This document shows, piece by piece, positions 52,030-63,883 of a stretch of DNA of 63,883 nt. This stretch comes from Octopus bimaculoides (Eukaryota): assembly GCF_001194135.2 (NCBI RefSeq), contig NC_068983.1, positions 72,006,873 to 72,070,755 on the forward strand, written 5' to 3'. The notes beneath the pieces are model-generated. The model was not told where the DNA came from. It searched no databases and saw only the letters and a list, made by a program, of their open reading frames with translations. Position 1 is the stretch's first letter. Every line of letters starts with the position of its first letter. The position numbers were made by a program, and so were the translations under genes.

Positions 52030-53460
52030 TTGTGCAGCTTTTTGATTTTACAAATGTCTTCACAGAGGGTAAATGTATTGAACTCAAAAAGGTGACCAAA
52101 GATGGACAATCTTGCAAGATTCTACCAAGTCATCTCCTAGACATCGAAGCACTGATGCCCCAAGACACAAAATAATCAAAATCTGGGACACCTTTCAGCA
52201 GACTGATATTCTGGACAAGATGGGGTTTCCAAACTGGAGATGCAGACTGTGCATATGATCATACCAAAACTGTATATAGCTTCAAATAGAAAGCCAGCAA
52301 GTAGATGAAAAAGGCTTTACTAAATGATGCTAAGACACCTTCAGCCTGTTTAATGATTTCAGAAATGCAATTCATCCAATGCAGATCATTGTTGACAAAA
52401 ATGCTTAGGTCACATTCACTAGTTGATCTCTTGAAGTTGGTGTTGTGGAGAGAGTAAGTAAATTCCAGGTTTTTCCTCCCCAAATCTACAGTGATGTTCT
52501 TATCTACAATCAACTTAAATCATTAAAAGAGCAAGCTATTGCTGCATTATGTCCAGTCAGATTACAGGAAAGATCTATAGTGTATAGGATCTGTTCTCTT
52601 TTATCTAGGTTAATGTTGCCTGTGGATTTTAACAAAGTGTAGCAAGGATATGTTCACAGATTGCCTGTCTACCCTTAAATACTCAAATATTGACTCATAT
52701 GTGTGTTTTCTACAAGTGATCACATGACCTGGTTATGTGATGGTCGAATCCTTCAGGCTTTATGCAAGCTATCATCCCATCATGTGACAGACCAGCTGAG
52801 TGCAGGCAAATTATGTCTATTCACTGGAACATATTATCAGCTTCAAAAAGAGGAATCCTTGTTGTTTTTCTTCAGCATGGCAGGAAAACATGGTCAAGTT
52901 CACATCTTGACAGAGAGGAAGTTTATTCTGCAGGTAGCTTCAGGTAGCCTTGATGTATTACATCTGTTCCTGTCTTCCAGCAGAAGCCATGTCACGTATT
53001 TGTTTTTCTGTTCTACACTGTATACATCATCAAGCACCAACTGCATGAGAAACCAATATGTATATTTTCTGACAGTCTCATTCATTTTGTACCAACATTT
53101 GCTGTACCTTCCATTAGGCATTGAAATAAAGAGTGACATTCAATTACAACTTTTGTACTCGTATTCCTTTTTGCTGTTATATCTGACTCCTCATTTGGAA
53201 ACAGGAAATTATAATGTTACCAGGGTCAGAGCCATGCAACTTCAACCCCTAAAAAAGTAACATGCTTTAAGTTGGTATCTGTTTTGTTAACACACGCAAC
53301 AAACAACAGGGGACCAAGAACATATTTCTGCAATATTCAAGACATCATTGCAGAATGTTGTCTTGCTATCACAAATGAAATAACATTTTACACTCAATCT
53401 CAAAACTTCACTCATTTGACACTACCAAACTTTATTGCAACAGACTTCCTAAATTAGAAC
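52030..53460 (-). mobile_element. Old CR1/L2-like LINE remnant
   Basis: Residual VLGPLLFVACVN near 53280-53330 and FKRSTSECDLSIFVNNDLHWMNCI (ORF 52259..52513). Confidence 0.65.
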
Positions 53461-54558
53461 CCAAAGTTAAAATAAATAAATTTTGGGCAAATAGATTTCC
53501 TAAATTGTTTAAAAACAAATTTTCTATAAAAAATCACATAAACCATGAATTTCATCAATTAAAGAAAACTTGATGTATGCATAGGGGTCACCAACAAATT
53601 TTGCAGCTAGAAAGATCTAAGTTGCTCAAATATATTATCTCTCTTTCATATTCGGTTTTTTGGAAAAAGATTCCACAACATAGAGAAATATTTTGTACAA
53701 CTTTCAAATCATAAATTGAACTAGAAACAATTTCTGAATGATTTTTCAATGCAGTGAGCTAAAAGAGAAAAAAAAAAAATTTCATGTCATGCATTGATAA
53801 TCCCTATATTAAAAAACAAATCATGTCTAAAAAGAAATACTTCCACTACATACGCCAAATACTAGCAAAAAAGAACCAAACAAACAAATAAACATATAAG
53901 CTCAGCTATTTAACAAGTTATATCTGATCTCTAAATCACATAATATAAAATGTAAAACAGAAAAAGGAAACGTTTTTATAATCTAACACAGAAATTAAAT
54001 ACCTTTACATATTTTTGTGATTAAGTTTCTAATGAGTAAATTGGTTATGGCTTTTAATTAATTTTCAATATAAAGATTTTTGGAGAAGTTTTCTAAAATA
54101 TCTGTAATTATATGCATTGTATATTATGCTGAAATCTGAAATCTCAAGAATATCATTCATATTATAACTGGATTTTAATTTTAAAAAAAGCACTTTAAAT
54201 GTGGGTGTTTTCAAGTGGATCGGTATTAACAAGGTTAATTTACAATCCATACTGTCTAGAAACAAGATCAATTGAATTAGAAATACATTAAAATATAGAA
54301 GGCCCTATAAGGAAGTATTGATCATCAAAAGCCTTAGAAAACTAATCATATAATCAGGAATGGTTAGGTGCAGGCATAGCCTTGTTGTTAAGAAGTTCAC
54401 TTCATAACCACACGCATCTGGGTTTAGTCCCTTTGTGTGGTACCTTGGAGGTTTTCTATGATTGCACTTAGTCAACAGATGCCTTGTGAGTGAATTCAGT
54501 AGACAGAAAATGCATTAAGAATGTGTATGTGTGTGTGTGTGTTTATGCATAAATATAC

Positions 54559-54657
<99 letters not shown>

Positions 54658-54907
54658 ATGTGTGTGTGTTTGTGAGTGTGTATAAAAAGAATGAAATAGA
54701 TAGATTCTTTTGATATATTTAAGATACAAGTCTCATTTTAACTGACCATAAAACCTAACCTTATAATTCCATTTGTTGAATGTTAAGTATTTTAATAACA
54801 GAAATGACAAATTTTCTTTTGTAAAGTTAAATGATAATCCTGTGATATTTGAAGAAGGCTGAAACAAAACAAACAAGAAAAAGAACAGAACAATGAAGTC
54901 ATCTTAC

Positions 54908-55104
54908 TTCTGGAAGGTTATCGTTATACAGAAGTTCATCTAATGTCCGGAAAGTTATACTTCTTTCGACTTTCTCAGCTCGAAAGTGCTTCTGTCGCTT
55001 CCTTCGTTGCATTCTGGGTGATCCACATCCATCTGCAGAAATATCTGTATCAGAATCTGAGTCTGAGCTGCCTTCCGTGCTGTGAATTTGGCCAAGGTCA
55101 TCTT
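54908..55104 (-). CDS. TULP4: TULP4 internal coding exon (197 nt, phase 1 to phase 0)
   Basis: Acceptor ttaattgcAG|AAGAT; donor CCAGAA|GTAAGA. Open frame (K)DDLGQIHSTEGSSDSDSDTDISADGCGSPRMQRRKRQKHFRAEKVERSITFRTLDELLYNDNLPE. Phases match both neighbours. The Ser/Asp-rich then basic composition parallels the same segment of vertebrate TULP4. Not in the ORF track. Confidence 0.85.
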
Positions 55105-55547
55105 CTGCAATTAAGTTGAAATGTATATATTTAACTCGTTATATCTATTATTTCCATTTTGGCCAGGCTGTTCACCAATAATATTTCAATATTTCAAAAT
55201 AAAAATGTTACGAGATTTATTCTTGATATATAATAGATACACACACACACACAAACACGTGCGCATGCACACACACAAACATGCATATACAGTAGCTGAA
55301 ATACCTGGCATTGTCCAAGTTGAAGAGTCACAGAATTAATGATAACATCAGAAAGTAATTTAACTTATAGTAAATTTTTTGAAAAAACACTCAGTGCACT
55401 CAGAACTATGTACAATACTAGAACTACTTTTTAAATATCTTTACAGAATTTTTCTTTTTCAGATATCCATGTTTTAAATATGTGCAATTTCAATTCTGCA
55501 AAATATTGTACACAAATGCAAACCTTTTCAGTCTTCTAATTTCTGAT

Positions 55548-55672
55548 TAAATGTAACCTTAACCCTAACCTGAAACCCTAATACTAAGTTCTAACAATAA
55601 ACCCTTCCCTTAAACCCTACTCTAAACTTAACCCTGAAATCTAAACTAATACTGAATTTTAACCCTAATCTA
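55548..55672. repeat. Cluster of degenerate (T)AACCCT telomere-like motifs
   Basis: taaccctaacctgaaaccctaa...aaaccctac...taaccctgaa...taaccctaa. Confidence 0.55.
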
Positions 55673-57623
55673 TTTTTTGTATAAAAGTGCATTTTCTTAT
55701 GTTTAAAGCGTATACTTGCAGAAAAAAAAATAATTGAAAATGAAAAAGTAACTGCCAGGTTTTAGAACAAGTATTAAAATGCCTCATTTGTACACTTTAC
55801 TTTGGTTTGGTTGCTTTGATTGGATTTCCTACCTAATACCAACCACATTACAGAGTGTACTGGAACAGTTTATCTTGTCACCAACACCAGAGAATGTTCT
55901 TATGGCTTTGACAAGTCCAAAGTGTCCACACAATATTAGAATGTTTCTGATCATTCACAAACTACTAGGTGCATTCTTCAATGGCACCAGCAAGAGAGCG
56001 GTTGTCATGTCATTGACATGACAACATTCTCTGACATGACAACATTCTCTGACATGACAAACATTCTCTGAACTTTGCAGTATCTCTGGTCATTCACTGA
56101 TCATCTTACAGAGTACTCTACATATATTATTACTAATCCAGTAAAATTTCAAATGAAAGTTTTGCATCTCTGAAGATTTAACAATGAAATTTAATTTTAC
56201 ATTTTACATTACACTAGATAAACCTTTCTATGTTAATGAAATGCATGGAAAATATTGTAACTAAATATTTTATAAACAAGCTCTCCTGTTATGTTTTGTT
56301 TTACGCACATGCATACAAACACACAAGACAAACATGCATGTATCAACACCTACCTCCACATTCTCCTCCCAAATACTTCCTCTTAGTAGTGGGAGTTTTT
56401 CCCCTTTCCCTGTTCTTTTTTGGTCTTGCAAGTTACAATGGCAACCTAACTAGTGTTGGTAGCACAAAAAAAAAAAAACACCCAGTAAGTGGTTGGTGTT
56501 AGGAAGGGCATCCAACCAAAGAAACCATGCAAAAGATGATACTGGAGCTCAATGTGGCCTTGCAGCCTGCAGGTTCCTGTAGAATTGTTGAACCCATGCC
56601 AGCATGGAAAGGAGACGCTAAATAAAGATGATATATTCATACATGGAAAGAGTATGGTTGAATAGGTAAAACGTTTGTTTTACAATCCTGGGTTTGATGC
56701 AGATGTGTCTTTTACTATAATCATGCATTGAAGCAAACCTTATACATAAATGAAAACTGTATAGAAGCCTATCAGATGAACTGTACATGTAATTCAAAGG
56801 TCCAGCCTTGTCACACACTGTGTCACATCTACTTGAAGATTACGTTAAGGGTACATAAATCTGTGGAATACTCAACCACTGGTGCACTAGTTCATTATTA
56901 AGCACGTAGTCCAGTTGCTTGAAAAACCAAATAATCATTGGTGAAACTGATGAAGATCCAGTCATTTTGCTTCAAGAACATCCACTCACCACCCATATAT
57001 ANNNNNNNNNNNNNNNNNNNNNNNNNNNNNNNNNNNNNNNNNNNNNNNNNNNNNNNNNNNNNNNNNNNNNNNNNNNNNNNNNNNNNNNNNNNNNNNNNNN
57101 NNNNNNNNNNNNNNNNNNNNNNNNNNNNNNNNNNNNNNNNNNNNNNNNNNNNNNNNNNNNNNNNNNNNNNNNNNNNNNNNNNNNNNNNNNNNNNNNNNNN
57201 NNNNNNNNNNNNNNNNNNNNNNNNNNNNNNNNNNNNNNNNNNNNNNNNNNNNNNNNNNNNNNNNNNNNNNNNNNNNNNNNNNNNNNNNNNNNNNNNNNNN
57301 NNNNNNNNNNNNNNNNNNNNNNNNNNNNNNNNNNNNNNNNNNNNNNNNNNNNNNNNNNNNNNNNNNNNNNNNNNNNNNNNNNNNNNNNNNNNNNNNNNNN
57401 NNNNNNNNNNNNNNNNNNNNNNNNNNNNNNNNNNNNNNNNNNNNNNNNNNNNNNNNNNNNNNNNNNNNNNNNNNNNNNNNNNNNNNNNNNNNNNNNNNNN
57501 NNNNNNNNNNNNNNNNNNNNNNNNNNNNNNNNNNNNNNNNNNNNNNNNNNNNNNNNNNNNNNNNNNNNNNNNNNNNNNNNNNNNNNNNNNNNNNNNNNNN
57601 NNNNNNNNNNNNNNNNNNNNNNN

Positions 57624-57811
57624 GCGGGTGACACGTAAAAGCACCCACTACACTCTCTGAGTGGTTGGCGTTAGGAAGGGCATCCAGCTGTAGAAACTCT
57701 GCCAAATTAGATTGGAGCCTGGTGTAGCCATCCGGTTGCACCAGTCCTCAGTCAAATCGTCCAACCCATGCTAGCATGGAAAGCGGACGTTAAACGATGA
57801 TGATGATGATG
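57624..57811 (+). mobile_element. RTE LINE 3' tail, relatively undecayed, 5' side hidden in a gap
   Basis: Retains CpGs (gaaagcggacgttaaacgatgatgat). Confidence 0.85.
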
Positions 57812-58610
57812 ATATATATACATACATACACATACACACACACACATACATGCATAGAGAAAGAGAGAGGCAAGGAGAGAGTGAGTAATACTGGTTTCAA
57901 ATTTTGGCACAAGGCCAGCAATTTTGGGGAAAGTGGGTTAGTCAATTACATCAACCCCTTTACTTGACTGGTACTTATTTTATCAACCTTCAAAGGATGA
58001 AAGACAAAGTTGACCTAGGCAGAATTTGAACTCAGAATGTAAAAATGGGACAAAATGCCACTAAGCATCCTTGCCAGGCATGCAATTGATTCTGCCAGCT
58101 CACCACCAAAATAAAGAGAGGGAATAATAACTATTAATTCATAACATATTTCTGTTATTATCTTTCACTGTTTTATATCTATTTCCTCTTTTATTATATT
58201 AGCTGGATGGTGTATTTGTTGGAAGAATTGCTTTTGCAAGTGAATGGCATTCCTACTGCTAATCACTCAACTATGAAATAGGTAGTGAAAACTATTGTTT
58301 TCTGGGTTCTTGCTTTTCTTTTCTTTTTTTTTTTTAATGGCTGGTTGGTTATCTCAGGTAAACTGAAATAAATTGAGTTATGCCAACTTGCCCAGTGTCA
58401 CGATTTTACAACAGTAAAAAAGGTTTGAACTCATGAACATGTGGTCAGTAGTCCAGTACATTAACTGCATAGCCTTTGCACTTCTTAAGTAAATTGAAAA
58501 CAACATTATTGAAAATAGAATCATGTTGAAAATAAAATTACTGAAGCAATAGCAGAAGATAAAATATTTGACAAATTTTTTTCCCCATATTTTGTAACTG
58601 ATTCTTATTT

Positions 58611-58650
<40 letters not shown>

Positions 58651-59235
58651 CTCTCACCCACTCACTTCTGCTCCAAAATATTCAGTTCTTTTAATATTTT
58701 TATTTGAACTTATAAATTCAACTTTTTACTGAATGCCACGCTGAGCAGCATGTTCTGCAGATAACTGCACATGTTGGAGATGACTAAGATAACAACAGAC
58801 AAGATCTCGTATACTCCAGAGCTATATTACTTCAAAGCTTCCTACCTGTCTCTGCTTCTTTTTTAACAGTTCATCTTCAAATGAATGCATTAAAACTTAC
58901 TCACCTGCACTTAACCAAACAGTCTGGGAGACATTTTAAAAACTACAGGGCTGTTTTTTTCTTCTTTAAATTATATAACACACACACAGTTTATACTAAG
59001 CTGTTACTCTGAGTTTTCCATCTCTGTTTTTCATTGTGAAATTATTCAGAATAGACTTAAACAAATGAATGAACTCTAGCACATGTATTAAAAACCGTTT
59101 TTTTACTTTCTTGTAAGTAACGGAAAATAACCACAGACACACAAACATTGTGTGTGTGATCTGCTTCCACTTCTTCCTCTACCTCATCCTCATCATCATT
59201 ATTATCATCATTTTTACACCTGCTTTTAGTGGTGT

Positions 59236-59431
59236 ACTCTCTTTACTCTTTTACTTGTTTCAGTCATTTGACTGCGGCTATGCTGGAGCACCGCCTTTAG
59301 TCGAACAAATCGACCCCAGGACTTATTCTTTGTAAGCCTAGTACTTATTTTATTGGTCTCTTTTGCCGAACCGCTAAGTTACGGGGACGTAAACACACCA
59401 GCATCGGTTGTCAAGCGATGGTGGGGGACAA

Positions 59432-59518
<87 letters not shown>

Positions 59519-59686
59519 TACGACGGGCTTCTTTCAGTTTCCGTCTACCAAATCCACTCACAAGGCTTTGGTCAGCCCGAGGCTATAGTAGAAGACACTT
59601 GCCCAAGGTGCCACGCAGTGGGACTGAACCCGGAACCATGTGGTTGGTAAGCAAGCTACTTACCACACAGCCACTCCTGTGCCTAT
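59236..59686 (-). mobile_element. SINE family A, full-length and young, with a long internal (TA)n
   Basis: tRNA-like head (TGGCTGTGTGG, GGTTCAGTCCC), CpGs retained, tail ...gactgaaacaagtaaaagagtaaagagag. About 90 nt from the TULP4 donor at 59775. Confidence 0.9.
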
Positions 59687-59775
59687 AGAAAGAAAATTTA
59701 GATTTTAAGTAAATAGATAAATAAAGAATAAAATAAAATCACAGTAAAAATTCTTCTTTATTTGGAATTACTTAC

Positions 59776-60004
59776 TTTGGAATGTTTTGATTTTGGGATC
59801 AAAAATGACAAAATCAGGCCTTAGTTTACTGGTGCGTTTTCCTTTGAGCAAAGGGACTAAACCCCCAAGGTACTCCAGATACAATGTGTAGTGACCTCCA
59901 GATGTCTCCTCTCCATGCCGAAGCATTGTGCAGTATAAACGCTCATTCCCGGGGGGTGGAATACTCACAAACTCCCGGAGCTTGAATGGATCTGGAATGT
60001 AACT
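59776..60004 (-). CDS. TULP4: TULP4 internal coding exon (229 nt, phase 0 to phase 1)
   Basis: Translates SYIPDPFKLREFVSIPPPGNERLYCTMLRHGEETSGGHYTLYLEYLGGLVPLLKGKRTSKLRPDFVIFDPKIKTFQ, matching the TULP4 motif as I recall it (NERLHCTM...YTLYLEYLGGLVPILKG...SKLRPEFVI.DP). Acceptor tttttaaAG|AGT; donor CCAAA|GTAAGT. Confidence 0.93.
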
Positions 60005-60540
60005 CTTTAAAAACAAAATACATAAAATACAACAAATTAATAAATTAATTAAATTAAGAAAAAAAAATAACAAATATCTTAAATATAGGTACAAGGCCAG
60101 CAATGTTGAGGGAAGGGAGTTAGTTGGTACCAATGACTCTAGCATTTGGATGGTAGTTTAATTCATTGATCTCAGCAAATCTGAACTCAGAATGTAAAGG
60201 ACTGGAACATACACTGCAAAGTATTTTTTCCATTGTTCTAACAATTCTGCTAGCTGATGATTTCTAATTTAAGCACAATGTCAGAACTTTTAAAGAGCGA
60301 ACTGTTGACTAAATCTTTTTCATGAAAGACACATTAAGCAGTGTGGTCATCCCTGATTGACAAAAAGACAGGAAGATCATGGCTGAGTTGCCGTAAATCA
60401 TATAACAGTTCAATCAGACCTAACTTAGCAATGAATAACGACAATAACAATCTATGGCATATTTTCATTCAGCTTCCTGATTGTATTTTTTCTGATATGT
60501 AGCCATCTCTCTTCAATATGTCAGCTGATACCTTTCATGA

Positions 60541-60922
60541 GTGGAGGCGCAATGGCCCAGTGGTTAGGGCAGCGGACTCGCCATCATAGGATCGCAGTTT
60601 CGATTCCCAGACCAGGCGTTGTGAGTGTTTATTGAGCGATAACACCTAAAGCTCCACGAGGCTCCGGCAGGGGATGGTGGCGAACCCTGCTGTACTCTCT
60701 CATCACAACTTTCTCTCACTCTTACTTCCTGTTTCTGTTGTGCCTGTAATTCAAAGGATCAGCCTTGTCACACTGTGTCACACTGAATATCCCTGAGAAC
60801 TACGTTAAGGGTACACGTGTCTGTGGAGTGCTCAGCCACTTGCACGTTAATTTCACGAGCAGGCTGTTCCGTTGATTAGATCAACTGGAACCCTTGACGT
60901 CGTAAGCGACGGAATGTCAACA
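60541..60922 (+). mobile_element. tRNA-derived SINE family C, full length with an 11-bp TSD
   Basis: TSD ACCTTTCATGA at 60530-60540 and 60923-60933. Confidence 0.92.
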
Positions 60923-61854
60923 ACCTTTCATGATCAGTCACTTTCTAAATGTCTTGTATTAAACATTTCTTGAAAGTTTACTGTAAACCCATTACAGAAT
61001 ATATTTGATTTTCCAATTGCTGAAGATCCTCTGCATACATTGGTCATGTGTATCTATGTGTATTTTATTTTTTTTAGTCAAGAAGGAAAGCAGTGTTCAT
61101 GACCTGTTACAGGGCCTCTGAGAATGGTATGAGGGAGGGAGGAAGGAAATTATCTGCAAACTGGAGATTTGGTTTAAGTGCTTACAGCAGAGTGCATGCT
61201 ATTGAAGGTACCCCTGATTTTCCATTTTATGGTGGTGGTGTTAAAAAAGGGAGACTGATGAAGTTTACAACTCATATTAATTCAAATATATCATACAAAA
61301 TCATATATATGTTTATGTGTATATATCTACATGCACAAATGCTATATATATTCTTGTAAAATAATATATGCTCATGAATAATGTACTGATCTAATAACAA
61401 AATTCAGACAACAAAATTCCAGGAAAAAAATCTCTTATGTGACTTTTCTTTAATATCACAATGTATAGAATAAAGGAGAGTTTAGTCAAATAATTGTTGT
61501 ATAAAATACATTGGAAAAGTTCACACATCTTAAGCAAAAATGAAAAATAAATTTGAAAGTGACCTTTGAACTTTACCAGAGCAGGTTGTAAATATCCACT
61601 TTCAGTTAAGTCAATATAGTGGAAATTACACAAAACTTACAGAAAACTGTTGCATTTTCTAACTTGGAGTTAAAACAATTAAGATAATCTGGATACTTAA
61701 TTCAGATAAATTCAAAATGCTTGACTATTAAGTACTGTTAATTGAAATAGATTAATATCAGGTAGTATCCAACGTGTGTTACTAAGCTACTCTGTTAGTG
61801 TTAATAATTGGAGATATATAATACAAGAAAAGATGCAAGTGTACTAAAACACAT

Positions 61855-62640
61855 ATGCTAACTGGGAAGATAGGTTTTGTATGTGGCAGATGCTCAGGAG
61901 CAATAAACACTGGAAATGTGCAGAGAACAAGTTTCTTTCACATTCCAGGGAGAAAACTAGAAGTAGTTGACAGCTTCTGTTACCTAGGTGACCAAGTCAG
62001 TAGTTGGGGTGGATGCTCTGAAAGTGTAGCTGCTAGAATAAGAATAGCCTGGGCAAAGTTCAGAGAGCTCCTACCTCTGCTGGTGACAAAGGGCTTCTCG
62101 CACAGAGTAAAAGGTAGACTGTATGACGCATGTGTACGAACAGCCATGCTACATGGCAGTGAAACATGGGTTGTGACTGCTGAGGACATGCGTAAGCTTG
62201 CAAGGAAGGAAGCCAGTATGCTCTACTGGATGTGTAATGTCAATGTGCATACTCGACAGAGTGCAAGTGCCATGAGAGAAAAGTAGTATCTAAGAAGCAT
62301 CAGAAGTAGTGTGCAAGAGAGACAGCTGTGCTGGTATGGTCATGTGGTGTGAATGGATGAGGACAGCTGTGTGAAAAAGTGTCACACTCTAGTGGTTGAG
62401 GGAATCTGAAAGAGGTAGACTCAAGAAGACCTGAGATGAGGTGGTGAAGCACGACTTTTGAAAACTAGGCCTCACCAAGACAATGACTTGTGAGAGAAAG
62501 ATCTTTGGAAATATGCTGTGCTTGAGAAGACTCGGCAAGCCAAGTGAGACCATAACCCATGGCCTATGCCAACGGTGTAACCAGCCTACTTATGCGTACC
62601 TTTCTTTCGTTTGACACTAAACTTTGCTTGCGAGTTGACA
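61855..62640 (+). mobile_element. RTE LINE fragment (same family as 14941-16805)
   Basis: ORF 61855..62286 (LEVVDSFCYLGDQVSSWGGCSESVAARIRIAWAKFRELLP...MLHGSETW) is very similar to the minus-strand copy. Truncated on both sides. Confidence 0.88.
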
Positions 62641-62934
62641 TATTTAATCCTTTATATTGAACACTCAATATTTCATCCATTCAATAAGACATATTCCATA
62701 TATTCAATAAGACATTCAATACTTTATTTCATAGTACCATCCATTTTTATTTTATATTATATAGTGTATATTATATTATATATTGTATATTCCATATTCT
62801 ATATCCCACATTGGTTTTGCAGGAATATAAATAAAACATAAAAAACAGACAGTGTTGGAACTCTTTTAAACAAAATAATATATTCCTCTATACACAATCA
62901 TACAAAACCCCCTTTTTTTGTATTTATTTTTACT

Positions 62935-62972
<38 letters not shown>

Positions 62973-62976
<4 letters not shown>

Positions 62977-63883
62977 CTGTAGTTTCAGCTCAGAGCTGCG
63001 ACCATGCTGATGCACAGCCGTTTGGCTACACTGTTATCACTGAGATCCTCTTCCATTATGTGGTACTTGGTGAAGAATGGAGTTTGATGTAGCTACCCTC
63101 ATTTGTACCTCTTGCTGTGAGGTAGTTTCATCTGGGAAATGGTCCAGCTTTGATTTAAAAACGCCTACATCTACTTTGTGCAGGTTCCTCAGGCTCTTTG
63201 GGAGAATATTAAAAAGCTGTGGGCCCCTGATACCCAGGCTGTTGCAATAACTAGTTCTGAAGCGTGATGGCATTGCTGGGATCTTTGGCACTATGCAGTG
63301 TTGTCCTGTACTGGCATTGGTGTAGCTTTCAATGCGGCACAATTCCTACCAGGACCTTCCAGATGTATATTACTGCATACCTCTCTCACCTTCTCTCCAA
63401 GGAGTAGAGTCTTAGCTGTTTCAGCCTTTCCCAGTAGCTGAGCAGTTACAAAGAAACGATCTTTGTGAATCTTCTCTGGATTGCTTCATGGTTCGCTGTT
63501 AATTTCACACTCGTGGATTACCATAGCTGTGAGCAGTAATCCAGGCGGCTGAGGAAGAATGTCCTCCAGAGGACCATCATGGTTTCCTTATCTCTGGTTC
63601 TGAATGTTCTCAGGATCCATCCAGCCAGTCGTCTGCACTTTGTCACCATCCTGGTAATGTGCATTTGGAAAGAAGTATCATCACTCATGTCGATACCCAG
63701 GTCGCTCACTGATTTAGGCTCTGGGATTGAAATTCCCTGTGGACCAGTGTATCTGCAAGTTTCATATTCAGTTTCGAACATAGGTAGTGCAGGGCTTGGA
63801 ATTTTTCAGCATTAAACTGCATATTATTATCCTCAGCCCATCTGTAAATTGAGCCCAACTCCTGCTGCAGATGTGCAACATCA
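62973..63883 (-). mobile_element. CR1/L2-group LINE 3' portion, running off the window end
   Basis: SVSDLGIDMSDDTSF...ILRTFRTRD...SRLDYCSQLW and GPQLFNILPKSLRNL...FKSKLDHF. The 3' end abuts (TA)n. Confidence 0.88.

Larger units (their letters stand above)
13368..54907 (-). other. TULP4: 41,540-bp TULP4 intron (includes N gaps)
   Basis: GT at 54907-54906 and AG at 13369-13368. Flanking exons join at phase 0 to give ...DNLPE|[16 protein letters not shown]. Confidence 0.8.

Noticed and set aside
56014-56070. Three 18-bp direct repeats (tgacatgacaacattctc), and three ~21-bp repeats at 48408-48465
   Set aside because: Head-to-tail slippage duplications with no spacers. Not CRISPR-like, and the context is eukaryotic.
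59768-60145. ORF-track start MLESLVPT... as a protein N-terminus
   Set aside because: The part upstream of 60004 is intronic AT-rich and SINE sequence. Homology starts at the splice acceptor.
61093-61359. 88-aa plus-strand ORF, and other short ORFs in the track
   Set aside because: No recognisable homology or splice context, and lengths are within chance expectation.

Overview
AT-rich, microsatellite-dense animal genomic DNA from a gapped short-read assembly (8 N-runs, most abutting microsatellites). The repeat content is what I recognise from octopus/coleoid cephalopod genomes (inference). The window appears to lie inside one minus-strand gene, TULP4 (Tubby-related protein 4). Four coding exons join in frame with GT-AG sites: 60004-59776, 55104-54908, 13367-13130 and 6745-5574. 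A 41.5-kb intron separates the second and third of these. The N-terminal WD40/SOCS exons and the C-terminal tubby-domain exons were not found and probably lie outside the window. The introns hold decayed RTE, CR1/L2 and R4/Dong LINEs, at least three tRNA-derived SINE types, a Helitron deletion derivative with both termini intact, and a probable MULE-type MITE. The most interesting unexplained signals are potential RNA structures: minimal hammerhead-ribozyme-like motifs in a microsatellite-associated repeat family, a 321-bp highly structured unit flanked by an 11-bp direct repeat, a tandem pair of pre-miRNA-sized hairpins, and a 276-bp near-perfect palindrome. None is proven functional. All alignments were done by eye, and repeat boundaries are approximate unless termini or TSDs are quoted.
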